Made by a program: the position numbers and the translations under genes | Assembly (NCBI GenBank): GCA_051294375.1 | Contig: CM119263.1 | Location: forward strand, 24,904,801 to 24,968,687 | Reading direction: 5' to 3' | DNA: 63,887 nucleotides | From: Paraspadella gotoi | Lineage: Eukaryota > Animalia > Chaetognatha | Shown here: positions 17,186 to 30,720 of the stretch, in pieces | Layout: every line of letters begins with the position of its first letter | Numbering within the stretch: the first letter of the stretch is position 1 | The notes under the pieces: model-generated | Seen by the model: the letters and a program-made list of their open reading frames with translations, nothing else | What the model was told of the DNA's origin: nothing | Databases searched by the model: none

Positions 17186-20100
17186 CGTTGTCGTTTCGTT
17201 CGTCAAGAGTTTTCTCTCGGCGTCGAGTCTTCTTTGGCGCCGCGCCGGAAGCGACGTCGTTATTGACTTTGACGAAGCAGTTGGCCCCGATCGATCCGTA
17301 GACGGCGAGGAAGACGATGGCGACGTCGATCGGGAGACGTTCGCCGTCTTTCGAGTCCGTCGAGCGCCGCGTGACGAAGCGATTCGCCCTGAATCGATTC
17401 CAAGGTGGCGCCCTTTTGAGGCGGCGTCGCCTTTTGCATCTTTGGCGCCATATTCCTGGCGCCATATTTCAAGTTTCGAGGTGGTTTTCTTCGAACAAAT
17501 TGTCGCTTTATTATTTTTCGATCGGGAGTTATTTTGAGATTTTCCTGATGAGGTTGAGGCGCTGGACGCCTTTTCAACGACGTCCAGCGGGTTTCCAAGG
17601 ACGCCTTGCGCGTCTCCAAAGACGCCGGCGCCGTGTGAGAGCGCGTCCGACGCCGCGCAAGTTTCCGCTTTTCCGTCGACTCTCGCAATCCTCCCTTCCT
17701 TCCTTATTCTCTCTATTTTCCACCTCGCCGCTTTCGCAGCCGCCGCTGCCTCCGCCGCCGCCTCCGCCGCCTTCCCCCGACCAGACGGAAATCCCCATTT
17801 ATGGCGTCTATTAGAAGGATCGTCTTTGTCTCGCGGCGGCGGTGGCGCTGGAGACGCTTGCGGCGGCGCTGGAGACGATGGCGGCGGAGTCGGTGGCGAA
17901 GAAGGCGGCTTTGGCGGCGGCTCGCCAACAACCGGAAGTCGCCGTCCAACGGCGCAGTCGTTACGGAGAGAGAGGAGGTTCTTATCGTTGAGGAGAGGAG
18001 GAAGAGGAGATGGGGAGGAAGGAGGAGTTTGAGGAGGTGAAGGAGGAGAAGGGGATGAGCGAGGAAGAAGAAAGGGAGGTAAAGGAGGCGCGGGTCGTGA
18101 CGATTTATCCCGAAGAGGAAGAAAATTCGAAGATGAAAAAGAAATGGAACGGGGAGATTGAAAAGGAAAGGTTGAGGAGGCGGAGGAAAAAAAAGTGGAG
18201 GTAGGAAGGAAAGGGAGGAAAGAAATCGAAGTCGAAAAAACCGACGAAGCGGAACCGGAATCCTTCTTATCACCGAAAACGAAACCCGAGAAATTTCTTT
18301 CCTTCTGCTTCGTTTTTACGACAGTTTCTATGGAGACGTCTTCGTCGTCGTCGTCGTCGTCGTCGTCGTCTTTTTCGTCGTTTCGGCAAGCTTGGCCCGG
18401 GACCCGCGAACGGAGGGACGACGACGACGACGAAGACGACGGCGAATTAGAGAGTGAAAGAGGTAAATGGGGCGAACTGAGGAATTCGTTTTCGGGCGAA
18501 GAAACACCGTCACCACAACATCGCCCTTCATTTCGCCGGCATAATGGAGTGCCGTCGTGGGGAGTGGCGTCTCGCCCCATTCCGCGACGACGACGACGAA
18601 GACGAAAACGACGAACCCGACGACGAAGCCCCTCGCCGTCGCCTCCGACGTCGGAACCGCTCGCCCGCGGTTTTTCCGTTTTTTCCAATTCTGATAAAAC
18701 GTTCACTCGTGAGAGAGAAAAGGGAATGAAAGAATTGGAGTGGATGGCGGCGGCTTCGGCGGCTGCGGCGGCTGCGGCGGCTGCGGCGGCCAGAGTGGAA
18801 AAAGGCGGATCCACAGAATACGTGACTGGCAGTTCGTCCTCCGCCCCAGAGTCTTTTGTTTTCTCTTCTTTCGACGCCGGATATTTTTTTCTCCCCTTCC
18901 TCATTTCCTTTCCTTCCTCCTTTCCTCCTTTTTCTCTTTCAACCCCGATCACCCACTCCCTCTCTACCCGCCCTCCTTTATTTTCGAGCGGGTGAAGCGT
19001 TTCCCCCCTGAAGCGGCGGCGGAACCGCCAACCCGGTCGTGGCTCTCCTCTCTCGCGCCAATATTTCTTAACAGCTTCAGGTCGCATCTTCGTTTTATTC
19101 TTGGCGCCCGGCGTCTTGTTTGTTTCCCTCCCTTCCGCCGGCGTCGCTCGGCGCGCCGTCCCGCGGCTCATAACCGACTCCCGCGAAACCGGATGGGACG
19201 CGGCGCCGCCCAATGACGCCGGTTCGGGTCCCGGCGCCGATGACGTCAATGGTGATGAATTAAAAGAAGTCGAACGAGGCGCGCTGTTCGTTTCGACGAG
19301 GAAAGAGGAGAAGGCTGATGATCTAGGAGGAAAGAAAATAGCTTTTCTTTTCTCAAAGTTGGTTGTTGTTGTTGTTGTTGTTTTCTGCTCGAGGTTCGAA
19401 GTAATTGGTTCGACTGGTGAATCGCAGATCAGCGCATTTCTGTCATCATGTGGAGCAAAAAATGTGTTTGTGGGGTTAATAAAGTTATGATCCGGAGGAT
19501 CAAGCATTTTATTGTTTTCACAATTGCTTGATGTGGTGACGAATAGTTCGCTGGCTGATGGAAGAAAAGCTGAATCCTTCAAACAACAAGATGGCGAATC
19601 TGAAAGGAGCGGCGCCTTATTTTTTAAGCTTCGTCGGTGAGAATCTGATCGAGAAATCAAAGATGCCGGTGAGTCCTGAGGAACGGTTCCAGACTCTGCA
19701 AAGCGCCGTCGTTTCCGGATCATCTGGTTGAAGATCGGCTGATTTGGCTCGAACCTTCGCGGCGAAAAAATCCTTCGAGAAGAAACGGGTCTCTTTGGCG
19801 AACTCATTTCCTCTGAAGAAACTATTCCTCCGCATTGATCGGAACCGGCGGCGTCCAGCGCGTCGTCATCAGCGTCGCCAGCGACGGCGAAGTCGACGGC
19901 CAAAGGCGACGGCGTTCCTGGTACGAGGTCTCCGTCGTCGAGGAAGTTGGTTTGGACGGGGAGTTGGAGAGAAGAGTCGGGGGGTTGAAGACTTTGGGTG
20001 AGAGGATGTTGAAGAGAGGTTGGAGCGAGGGATAAGGATGAGGAGGAGGGGTGGCAGGTCCGAATGAAAATTCCCGGGATTGAATCCCGGATCCGAGTCT

Positions 20101-20338
20101 CCGCCGAATCGAAAGAAGCCGAAGCTTCGCCCAACGCGGACGCCGATGAAGATTGAACGCCGTCCAAAAATAACGCGACGTCTTTCCTCGAAAATCCGGC
20201 GTCGGTCAGTCGCGCCGAGCGAATCTCCGGCGCCCTTTCCGGCGAAAAGCTTGCGGCGCCCTCAAACCCGGCGTCGAAAATCCCGCCGGCGTTCGCGCGC
20301 CACAAATGCCGATCGCCCAGAAGGGCCATTAGTTCCAT
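17186..20338 (-). CDS. Putative ~1,051-aa low-complexity N-terminal extension, in frame with nAChR exon 1
   Basis: No in-frame stop for 3,153 nt; ATG in a good context (aaacATGG); repeats inside are mostly triplet-based. No recognisable domain, and translation is unproven. Confidence 0.45.
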
Positions 20339-20705
20339 GTTTGGGAGAGGGAAGGTTGGAAAGATGGGATTGAGAGAGAGAGAGAGAGACAGATGCCCTT
20401 ATTTCGCGCGGTCGTCCCTCTCGCTCTCGCGACCAGAAAAATAAAGTTGACCTATTTTCTGGCGCAGAGGATGTTTACTCGGCCGAGGCTGCGGTGGGGG
20501 CGGCGGAGGCGGTGGAAGCGGTGGAGGCGGTGGAGGCGGTGGAGGCGGATCATCAACACGGAAGGAAAAGTTATTCGTCGGCAAACCTGTCAGGATAAGA
20601 AGGGAAAGAAGGGGAGATGCGGAGTGGCGGGAAAATTGAAATGTCATTGGGATGATCGTTGTTTACTGCAGCGATTTTCTATCGTGGCGATAAGAAAGAA
20701 AAAAT

Positions 20706-20706
20706 A

Positions 20707-20794
<88 letters not shown>

Positions 20795-20824
20795 GATAAA
20801 GAAAGAAAGAAAGAAAGAAAGAAA
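20706..20824. repeat. (AAAG)n microsatellite
   Basis: Near-perfect AAAG array. Confidence 0.93.
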
Positions 20825-22298
20825 GGGAAAGAAAGGAGAAACGAAAATAGATCATGGGTAAAAAAAAATAGGAAAAAACAAAATGGAGCCAATTTGCGTC
20901 AACATTCTTTTTCCCTTTTTTTTTGCTTATTAAAGCAAAGAAGGGAAAGGATAGGGAAAGGGAAAATTGATATTTGTACGATAAACCAATTTCGTTTCCG
21001 CTTTTTTTTTTCTTCTTCAAATCCATTCGCGGGTAAAAGGACAGAAGCTTTTTTCTCTCCAGTGTTAGGATTTCAACGGATCGCGCAAACAAAGCTTTGT
21101 TTAAAAAAAAAAATAAAGCCTTTTTAATTTTCTCTTTTAAGTCTCAGAAAAATTGTAGGATATGAAATAATTATGATCTGTTCATTAATTCTAAGCCCAG
21201 AACATCCATCTTTAAAAAACATGTGGGGACAAAAAGTCTAAATTTTTACTGCCGCTTGCCCCCCCCCCAAAAAAAAAAAAATTATAGCCTTCAACTCTGA
21301 TCGATGGGCATATCCATCACTTTTATCGCTTTAACATGCAGCCCTCTTTATGGTTTATCATAGTTATGAATTCAAAATGAAAATCGCCCATTGCTTTTAG
21401 AAAAAATGAGGCTGGTCTTTCGTTTTTATCTCATGACTTCGAAAAACCCTTAGCCTCGATTCTATCCCTGGCCGAACTTAAGCCTCGAGGAAAAGAAGCC
21501 GCGTTCAGCGATAAAAACGCCAGCCCATCCTTATCCGTCTCTTCCGATCTTGGAAACCAAAGAGGGAAAAGGAAAACGAGGGGGAAAAACAGGGAAGATA
21601 AAAAGAAAGAAGGAAGGAAAGAAGGAAAAAAAAAGAAGGAAAAGAAAAGGAGAAAAGTTAACTAGACAAAACGAGGCCACGTACCGAGAAATTGTCTCAA
21701 GATGTCCTAAGATGGTCGCTTTTACGGTTTTCCGCGGCAGGCGACGTCCGGCTGCGAGGGAGAAGCCATGGCGAAGTTCCGCAGAACGCCGCTTTCGAGA
21801 GTAAAGACGCCGACGTGGCGTGGTGACGCCGCCAAAAGCCAAGTTATAGACGACGCCCCGATTGAAAAGATCGGGAAGATCCCGAGATTAGTCCGGAATT
21901 TTTTTTTTATTAAAGACTTTTAACTTTCTGTTTTTACCGCTTTTCGGGCTGTTTAACTGTCGATTGGTAAGTTTTATTAAGAGGGTAAGTTCAAGGGAGA
22001 GCGAAGATTTAGTGAATCGAAAAAAAGAAAATCTGGGTTCACTTTTGTACACGAAACTCGAGTTTGGTTGAGTCGTAAATTCCGGGGGAGGCTTTCGCGA
22101 GACGGAGAGGATTCGAAGAAGTGATGGGGGAGAGAAGGTGGGGGGGAGTCGGATGAGGGGTGGGGAGACGGAGAGAAGGGTGGAGGAGACGAGGGCAGTT
22201 TCTTGAGAGGCGTCGTTTTTCTAACTCGTCTTTCTTTGGTCTTGTCGTTTTCAGATAAACGAAGGAAGTATAAATTGCTGAGAGAGAGAGAAGAGAGA

Positions 22299-22335
<37 letters not shown>

Positions 22336-22555
22336 AGAGTAGAGAGAGAGGAGAGATAGAGAGAGAGAGAAATATTCGAGGAAGAGGGATGAGGAATATT
22401 CGGAAACGTTGCCGTTAAAGGACGAAAGGAAGCGAATCGCGTTGGAGAGAAGATTAGGTTTTCCATCGCCTCAAATCATTTTCGCGCCTCGCTCGTTTCC
22501 GGGCGATCTCTCGGTCCACGCCTCTCCAGTCGTCGCGGCCCGAAGACGATGACGG

Positions 22556-22613
<58 letters not shown>

Positions 22614-22930
22614 CGTCACAGTCGAGGCTTCGCCTTCCGGTTCCAAACATTCATCATTCCTCTCCGCTCCGTCGAATCTCGGTCGCGATCAAAGACCAAA
22701 GACGCTCTAGTCTCTGGACTCTTCTCTCCCCTTCTTATCTGTCTCCATCTCTCTCTAATCTCTCGCTCTCCGTCTTTCCTTTTCTGGTTTCCCTTCCTTT
22801 TTTTTTCTACCTATCGTTTTCTCGTTTTCCGATTTCGAGTCGATTTCTCGACGCAAGGAAAAGAATTTTCGTTTTCTTTCTTTTTATTTCTTCCGCCAAA
22901 TGAACGGATCTCTCGGTCTCTCTCTCTCTT

Positions 22931-22982
<52 letters not shown>

Positions 22983-23585
22983 TCTCTCGTTTTCTCCCTC
23001 TCTCTCCCTCTCGGCTCGCTTTGTCGTCTCCCGTCTCCCGCGTGGGCGAGAGAGAGAATAAAAAGAGAGAGATGGAGAGAGTTGACGAGAAAGAAAATAG
23101 CCGGATGTGGGCGTGGCTCGTGGGCGTGGCCTCGGTTATGGACGAGGGGAGGACCTCGACCCTCGAGCCAGCAACGGAGGGCCGGGTTTTCCAGACGGCA
23201 GAGGGCGTGGAAACGATGGCGGAGGGGACGAAAGCTATCTCGATCAGGATTGGGTGGAAGGGCCTGGACAAAGCAGGGGGTGGAATAAACTATGAGCCAG
23301 TGGCTGCCACCGAAGAAGTGACTAAAGCCGAATCATTTTTCTCGCCCCCGCCCTAGCGTCGTCGCGAAAGGAGTGAGTGTGAATTCGGTGTGAGAAAGTC
23401 TGGACGGAGGAAGGAGACAGTGAGATAGAGAGGGGGGGCGTGTGATGCTAAAAATCGACTGAGTGATTTTCGCGAGATCCATACGACGTAACGACGCGCG
23501 TTGGTACTTGTAGACGTGAGAGGCTTTCGCGAATCACGAATTACGGCGAGTGGAAAGAGAGAGAGTGAGAGGACGCCGTGACCGC

Positions 23586-23599
23586 GTTACCATGGAAAC
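23586..23599. promoter_or_regulatory. RFX X-box (GTTACCATGGAAAC)
   Basis: Full match to the known RFX/DAF-19 consensus GTHNYY-AT-RRNAAC. Confidence 0.5.
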
Positions 23600-24367
23600 C
23601 CGCGAACGGTGGCCCGATCCCTTTTTTTTTTACCGGAGACACGAGGATCTGTCGACCTTTTCCGCGCGGTCGAGATGTCCTTTTCTCACAGGGAAGGTCC
23701 CATACGGTGTTGGGGTGAGGATGACGAAGGTTGAGTTACATCCGGGGGGGTGTTGGGGAGAAGCGTAGCGCCCGGTCGTTAAAGCTAGTGACGTGGACGA
23801 TGAAGAACTACTTCATAGCTATGATGATGAAGAGAGAGAGAGGACGAGAGAGATGAGACGATGAGAGATGAGAGATGAAGAGGAGAGAGAAAGTTGGGAA
23901 GGGTGGGAAAAAACGGTGGCTCGAGCGAGAGTGATGTCGTCGACCTTGTCGAGAGATTGAAAGATTAAGAGAAGGAGAGAGAGAGAGAGAGACAGATAGA
24001 GAGAGAGTCTCTGCCTTTCCCTCGAGAAAAGGAGGGGGACTTTGGAGTCGGCGGCGTCGGCGGCGACTTCAAAGAGTTTTCATCTACTTTCAATCCTCTC
24101 CTTCAAAAGAAATATTTTTTCTAAACAAATTATCCTTTTTCATTTGAGGCGCGGAATTTCAGCGACGCTCAATTTCCAAGTTTTCCTCCCGATTTGTTTT
24201 GCTTTTTGTTAGATTTTGTCTTTGCTTGTTTCCTTCTTTTTCTCGTTGTTCTGCTTCTTTTAAAACTTTTTTTCCCTCCCCTTCGTTGGCCAGTTTGTTC
24301 GTGGACGGGTCGCTCGCTCGCCCGCCGAGTTTTATGGAGGAGAGAGGGCGTTTTATCGTCTCGACGA

Positions 24368-24405
<38 letters not shown>

Positions 24406-24799
24406 NNNNNNNNNNNNNNNNNNNNNNNNNNNNNNNNNNNNNNNNNNNNNNNNNNNNNNNNNNNNNNNNNNNNNNNNNNNNNNNNNNNNNNNNNNNNNNN
24501 NNNNNNNNNNNNNNNNNNNNNNNNNNNNNNNNNNNNNNNNNNNNNNNNNNAGAGAGAGAGAGAGAGAGAGAGAGATATTTGGACGAAATTCGTGTTTACT
24601 CTTCGGCGTTCGGATTTCGGATTGCAGTTTCTGTCCGGATGAAAGAGGATTTTTTTTTATCCGATTTTTTTTTAAGAATTATTTTTATTATATGTTTTAT
24701 CGGTTTTATTCTCGTGCCAGAAAAATATCTTTCCGAGTCGGCCAGTTTATTTTTTCGCTGTTTTCTTTAAAAATATATAGTTTTTATCTCTTTTCGCTA

Positions 24800-24813
24800 G
24801 TTGCCACGGAAAC
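24800..24813. promoter_or_regulatory. RFX X-box-like (GTTGCCACGGAAAC)
   Basis: One mismatch (central AC instead of AT) to the X-box consensus. Confidence 0.4.
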
Positions 24814-26806
24814 GCGGTTTGTTTACTCTTTTACGTCTTCCGCATCCAACGGCGCCGCCTTTTGGCTACGGCGAAGACTCGAAATGGAAAAGAAACTAGA
24901 GTTAAAGATATGGAAGAGAGAAATGGAGACGACGGAAGATGGCGGCGGAGGAAGAGAATACGAGGACGAAGACGAGGGGCGAAGACGAATACGAAGATCA
25001 AGACGAAGACGAGGGCGCGAGTAATGACCGGAAAAACAAAATGGCGGCGATCGCTCTCCCCTCTGGCGAAGAATCTTGAAAATCCTTGACCCGAGATAAA
25101 ATGGGGAATTTTTTTCTCAACTCTTTTTATTCTCGCTTATATTTTTCTTTGTTTCTGTGGTTGTTCTTTTATTTCTTCTCTCCACTTATCTTTTCTCTCG
25201 TCTCGCCTCGCGACAGTTTTCCTCGTTTCCGTCGGGCCGCCCAAGGGAATCTTCCTATCTTTTTTTTTTCTTCTTCTCTCTCTCTCTCTTTCTTTAGCCT
25301 TTCTTCTCCCTCTCTCTTTTCCGATCAACCAAAAATGTTCCTCCGGATTTTCCCTCCGAAGCCAAAGATTGAGAGTGAGAGAAGACGCATTTTACGGGCG
25401 CATTGGCGGTTTTTCACCGGAAGAGCCCATCGAAAAAGCCGAGTCGTTAAAAATTTCGAATTTGGCCGAAATTTGTCGGGAAGAATTTGCCGGAAGATGA
25501 GATCGGAGAGCGAAGACGAAAAAAATTGTATCGAAACGGGAACTTGGCCAGAAGAGCAGACCGATATCAATGGAAGACCGCACTAGCAAAATGAGTTGTC
25601 TTTTCTTCCGGCGGGAAGAGGATTGGCCGGATGCACGAGCCGGAAATTCCAGGCGAATTTTTGCCGGAAGTAACTCCTCGCGGCGTCCGGAGAAATTTTA
25701 GTTTTGATGGAGGAGTTAAGGAAAGTGAAGCCGAAGAAGAGACGAAGAAGTTGAATGAAAGAAAGAGAATATGAGTCGAGTCGAGACTGGACGAGACGAG
25801 ACGAAACGGGATGAGACGAGATGAGACGAGATGAGACGAGGACAAGACGAGAACAGACGGGACGAGTTGAGATAAAACAGACAACACAACAACGAATAGA
25901 CGGTAATAAATCTGCAGCGATGATGCAGAATCCTGGATTTAAAAGAAAAAGTATATTCAAAATGATTATTATTTATTAGTTACCTTAACGAAGAAAAAAA
26001 ATATAAAAAGAATATTTTGATGAATTTTTTTTCCTAATTTTGAAAAAGAAACCGAAATGTTTTATAAAACAAAAGAACACTAAATGTCATTAACTCTTCG
26101 ATAACGAGGGTTGACGACACTGCTGGAGGCCTCTATTCAGTATTCACATCAACCGCCCTATCACCTCGCTCCCCTTATGTCATTCACCCCNNNNNNNNNN
26201 NNNNNNNNNNNNNNNNNNNNNNNNNNNNNNNNNNNNNNNNNNNNNNNNNNNNNNNNNNNNNNNNNNNNNNNNNNNNNNNNNNNNNNNNNNNNNNNNNNNN
26301 NNNNNNNNNNNNNNNNNNNNNNNNNNNNNNNNNNNNNNNNNNNNNNNNNNNNNNNNNNNNNNNNNNNNNNNNNNNNNNNNNNNNNNNNNNNNNNNNNNNN
26401 NNNNNNNNNNNNNNNNNNNNNNNNNACTTTCTGTAAACTATTGCGCAGTGATATATCAGAAACAGTGAAGGAAAAAAAGTTTATAAAAAAAAAGATCGTG
26501 GGTGAGTTTTCTTTAGCAAAAAAAAAAATTGGATACAGGAGACGAGGAAGATACGAAGAGCGTCACCGGGTGAGGAAGGGAATGGAGAAGGAGGAGGATG
26601 AGGATAAGGTCCAGGAGGAGGAGGAGGAGGAGGAGGNNNNNNNNNNNNNNNNNNNNNNNNNNNNNNNNNNNNNNNNNNNNNNNNNNNNNNNNNNNNNNNN
26701 NNNNNNNNNNNNNNNNNNNNNNNNNNNNNNNNNNNNNNNNNNNNNNNNNNNNNNNNNNNNNNNNNNNNNNNNNNNNNNNNNNNNNNNNNNNNNNNNNCTC
26801 GACTCG

Positions 26807-26910
26807 CCATGCCCTACAGCCTCGCTTCGGCAAGCTCTACACCATAGTCCCGACATGCCCTATGGCCTCGTCACTGCGTGCCCTACACCATAGTCCCGGC
26901 ATGCCCTACG
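26807..26910. repeat. ~47-bp tandem repeat, 2+ copies, truncated by a gap
   Basis: catgcccta...ctacaccatagtccc recurs at ~47-nt spacing immediately after an N gap. Confidence 0.7.
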
Positions 26911-27201
26911 CCCCGACGCCGACCTAACACGCCCCACCTGATTTCCCTTTCGACCCCTGGAATCAATCGGCGTCAAGAGAAGAGAAAAAATAAATCGATT
27001 TCAAACAAAAGACTAAAGCGATGAGAGGAAAAGCGACGCGCGATTGAATTCGAAAAAAAACTTGACGAACTCAAAAGAAAAGGAGAAAATAAGGAAGGAA
27101 AGAAGGAAAGAAAGAAGGAAAGAAGGAAAGAAAGTAGAAAAGAAAACAACTAACGAAAGTAGAATAGAAAGAAAGACGGAATCTCCGATTTCTCCTAGAA
27201 A

Positions 27202-27239
<38 letters not shown>

Positions 27240-27495
27240 NNNNNNNNNNNNNNNNNNNNNNNNNNNNNNNNNNNNNNNNNNNNNNNNNNNNNNNNNNNNN
27301 NNNNNNNNNNNNNNNNNNNNNNNNNNNNNNNNNNNNNNNNNNNNNNNNNNNNNNNNNCCCTCTCTCTCTTTTTCTTTCCCTCCATCTCTCCCTCTCCCCT
27401 ATTCTCGCGCGCGCGGCGCTCGCTTTTGCTTCGGGTTTTCTGGCATCGCTGCGGCCGGGGCGAACGAAAGCGCGTGCTCGCTTCACCGCACCATA

Positions 27496-27509
27496 ATCAC
27501 CATGGCAAC
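27496..27509. promoter_or_regulatory. RFX X-box-like (ATCACCATGGCAAC)
   Basis: Strong CCATGGCAAC half-site, one mismatch at position 1; lies in a CpG-rich patch (27405-27720). Confidence 0.35.
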
Positions 27510-28013
27510 GAGGAAAAACGGCGCGGCGACGGAAGCGCCTGCGCCTGCGTTCGACCGCGGCAGGACGCACGCGCGAGGGCGCGCGAGAACGACGACGACA
27601 ACGCCAACGACGACGACGGTTAAAACTCGCGACCACCCTCGCCACGTGCGTCAGGCGTGTTTCTGGCGCGCGCGAGAGATCACACGCGAGAAACGCTCCT
27701 AGAGAGGCGTGGCCCTTGCAAAGACGNNNNNNNNNNNNNNNNNNNNNNNNNCTGTCAGCTAGGAATTTATCGTGGAGTGGGAACGGATGGGAAGTGTCGG
27801 GCGGGAGGGAATACCCGGGGTTTGGGGGAGGAGGGGAGACCGGGGTGGCGGGAGTGGGGGGAAACCTCCGGTGGTCATATTGAGGTGTGAGGGGGGTTGA
27901 CGATCGGGCGGAGAGGACCGTGAGCGAAGAAGCGGAGGTAGTACATTGTAGGGGGGTCGGAGGCGCTTGTCGTCACTCGGCCTGTTGTCAGCCTTGGGAG
28001 AAAAAAAGATTCT

Positions 28014-30720
28014 CGGGGTTTGACTCTAGATTTTTGATTGGGGGGAGAAAAGAGGTAGGATGGTAATATTCATTGAGAGGGAATTAAGATTGGAGGGGCT
28101 CAGTGAGTGACAACCTGGCCCGCCCGCTTGTGGCGGCGTCTTCGGCAACTGCGGACTGCCTAATGCCGCGACCGATAAAATGAAAAAAATAAAAAAGCCG
28201 GCGGTCAGCGGCATTGCAGCCTCTGTGCACGTTCGCTGGCTGTGTGCCGGGCGCGCATAACACTGCGGGGAGGAGGGGCGTACGATTCCTACCAAGGAAA
28301 AAGCGCGACTAGATTAACGGTTTTTAATGCCGCCCATCTGCCCGCGTCGCCCCTGAGACCTTCCTCCTCTCCTACATCCCCTTGGCTAGCTTCCAAATCG
28401 ACCGTTCTGCTCCGTTTCTTCGGCTTGGCCTTTGTTTGTTTTTTAATTATCGGGAGAAGCTTCGGAAATTTTATTTTTTTATTAGTCGGTTTGTGTTATT
28501 TTTGATTTTTTTAGTATCTCTTTGCATTTTTTCAAATATTTTTGTTCTTTCTTTTCTTTTTTCAATTATTTTCTCTCTTTATTTTATTTACGTCTTTTGC
28601 TTTATTTCTGTGTGCTTCTTTCTTCGTTAAATTGCTTCCTCTTTTTTTTTTTAATTTCTTTCCTTTTCCTTGCCTTTGGTCCTCCTTGTTTTAGTCTTTA
28701 TTTGTATCATTCGGTTGTCGGCTCCGAATTCCAAGAATGCTGATAACGTGCACCACTTGCAAGTGTGTAATTAATTGAGAGGATCTGACGAATGTCGAAC
28801 AGACTGAACGTAACGACCGGACGATCGACGAGCGAAGCGACGACGTACGACGAAAGACGCATACGACGAACGACCGAGCGACGAGAAAAACTAAAGAAAC
28901 GGATGAGGTCGATGGAGATTTCCAAAATAATTCGCGCGTCAGTATTTAGTTTAATTTTTTTTCTTATGTAAACGTCAGCCAATATGCTGTTTATCTTTAT
29001 GGTTTTACCGCGAGTAAGTTTAAATAGAATGATAATGCCTGCTTAATGTAAAATAAAAAGTTATATTAAATACTTAATTTATGATAGGTAATTGTGGAAC
29101 CTTAGTAGGCTTTTTAATATGGGCGTCGTGCGCTTATGTTATTGTTAAATTAAATTTTTGTTTTACTTAAAAATTAAGAATTGGTTGTTATGCTTTTAAG
29201 GGCATGGAATTCTTTATACAAAATATGTTTTACGCCGAGAAAGTCGGACAACGAGCGCAACAACAACGACGACGACTCTCGTGTTCGCCGGCGCCGATAG
29301 AGGTGTTTTCGCGCTGGCATTTATAAAACATTCGTAAAACAATTATCGGGCCGAGTTTTTCGGAAGAGACTCGACGGTCGACGTTCGGCGGTGCCGAGGA
29401 TAATGACTCCCAAACTCTGCGACCTCCTGCCGCCTCCGGCCGCCCGGGTCGGCCGGCCGCCCGGCGCCGAAAATATTTATACGCAATTCTTACGGCTCTC
29501 GTAAAATAGCGTGGAAGTTGGAAGCAGCAACGCGCCGCTTGGATGTGCGGTTTAAAACGAGCGAGGGCGGTACAAAACCAAAATGAGCTTTTCAACCTTC
29601 CTTCTTTCCAGGGCTGTCTTATTCCAATCCCATTTCTCTAGTACCTACTCCTTGCCATTACCCCTTCCTGCCAAATCGCTCGATCTAGCTCCACCGCCAG
29701 TTCCTATTTTTTCTTCACGGCAACGCATCTCGCTAAACCATCTGTTCACTTCACCCCTTCTCAGGTCGGAACATTTTTCCACCCTGCCCTCTATCCCGTC
29801 GCGTTAACTCTTCTTCCCATCTTCCTACTCATCGCCTATTTTCGCTTAAATACCATTTCATGCCTTCCGGCCTCTATGCACTTTCTCTCCGTCCGGCCCC
29901 TTTTCCCCATGCACGTTATATGTGGCTCTGCTGCAATCATTCTTAACCACTGCCATGCGGCTAAGCCTCATGCATTTGTAAAGACAAGTTGTCTTCTTTT
30001 TCGGCGCCGTGTGTTTAAACGGCGGCTGATATACGAGACCCTGCCATCTACCGCGCGACGCCATTATCCGCAAGACTGTTAACCTCTGCTGACCGAGTGA
30101 AATTTACAGACGGGCGAAGGATAGGTAGGGTGGGGCAAGGATTCTCTAGCAGACCCTGGTTGAGAAACTTTGAATGGACGTGAGGGGGTTTTCTGTCTGT
30201 ATGCAAAAGAAGGCCAAGTTCCGTCTCGGGGCACGCCCAGGATGAAAGGCCGATCCGTCGTTTGGCTTTGAGGGTCACGAGTGATGCGCTCCAAAAATTT
30301 GCATGAACGATGTATTACGAAGGGAAATTTAGCAATGTCGATGCTTCTTTTGTTCGCGACTGCGTTTTGGATAAATTTATTCGGTCAGACGAGGGGTTAA
30401 TTTTGGCGCGTCAGTGGCGCTGATTTTCGTACTGCGCATAATTGTAGAATTTTTTAGAAATATTTTTTTTTTGGGGTCTTTGCTATAATAAGCGAAGTCA
30501 CGCGAGTGCGCATAAGTGTTACGGATTTTCAGCCCTATTTCTAGAGTCCCTAGGGTCAAACATTCATCGACAGCATGTGCGAGGCAATAACACGAAAGGC
30601 AATAGACAACTGCAGACAATTAAGTTGCTTCCTGAAGACTTGGGAAAAGAAAGGGAAAAAGAGCTTCTTCTCTTCTCAACTCTCTCTTCTTTCTTCTTTT
30701 GAAATTCTTCTCTCTTTGTT
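28014..30720. repeat. Copy 1 of a duplicated block (insertion-rich copy)
   Basis: Collinear with 33508-35600. Shared anchors include gactctagat, gagaggatctgacgaa, cccaggatgaa, aaaaatttgcatgaacgat, agagtccctagggtcaaa and gacttgggaaaagaaagggaaaa. Confidence 0.88.

Noticed and set aside
22807-23356. Overlapping 111-154 aa ORFs upstream of the nAChR
   Set aside because: No recognisable motif, partly microsatellite-derived, and no convincing splice partners.
24194-27645. Long ORFs spanning N runs
   Set aside because: Length is inflated by gaps translated as X.
28137-28720. Site-specific invertible segment bounded by cggcaac/gttgtcg
   Set aside because: The inverted match is only ~7 nt and imperfect, no recombinase is nearby, and the inverted copy abuts an assembly gap, so mis-orientation is the simpler explanation.
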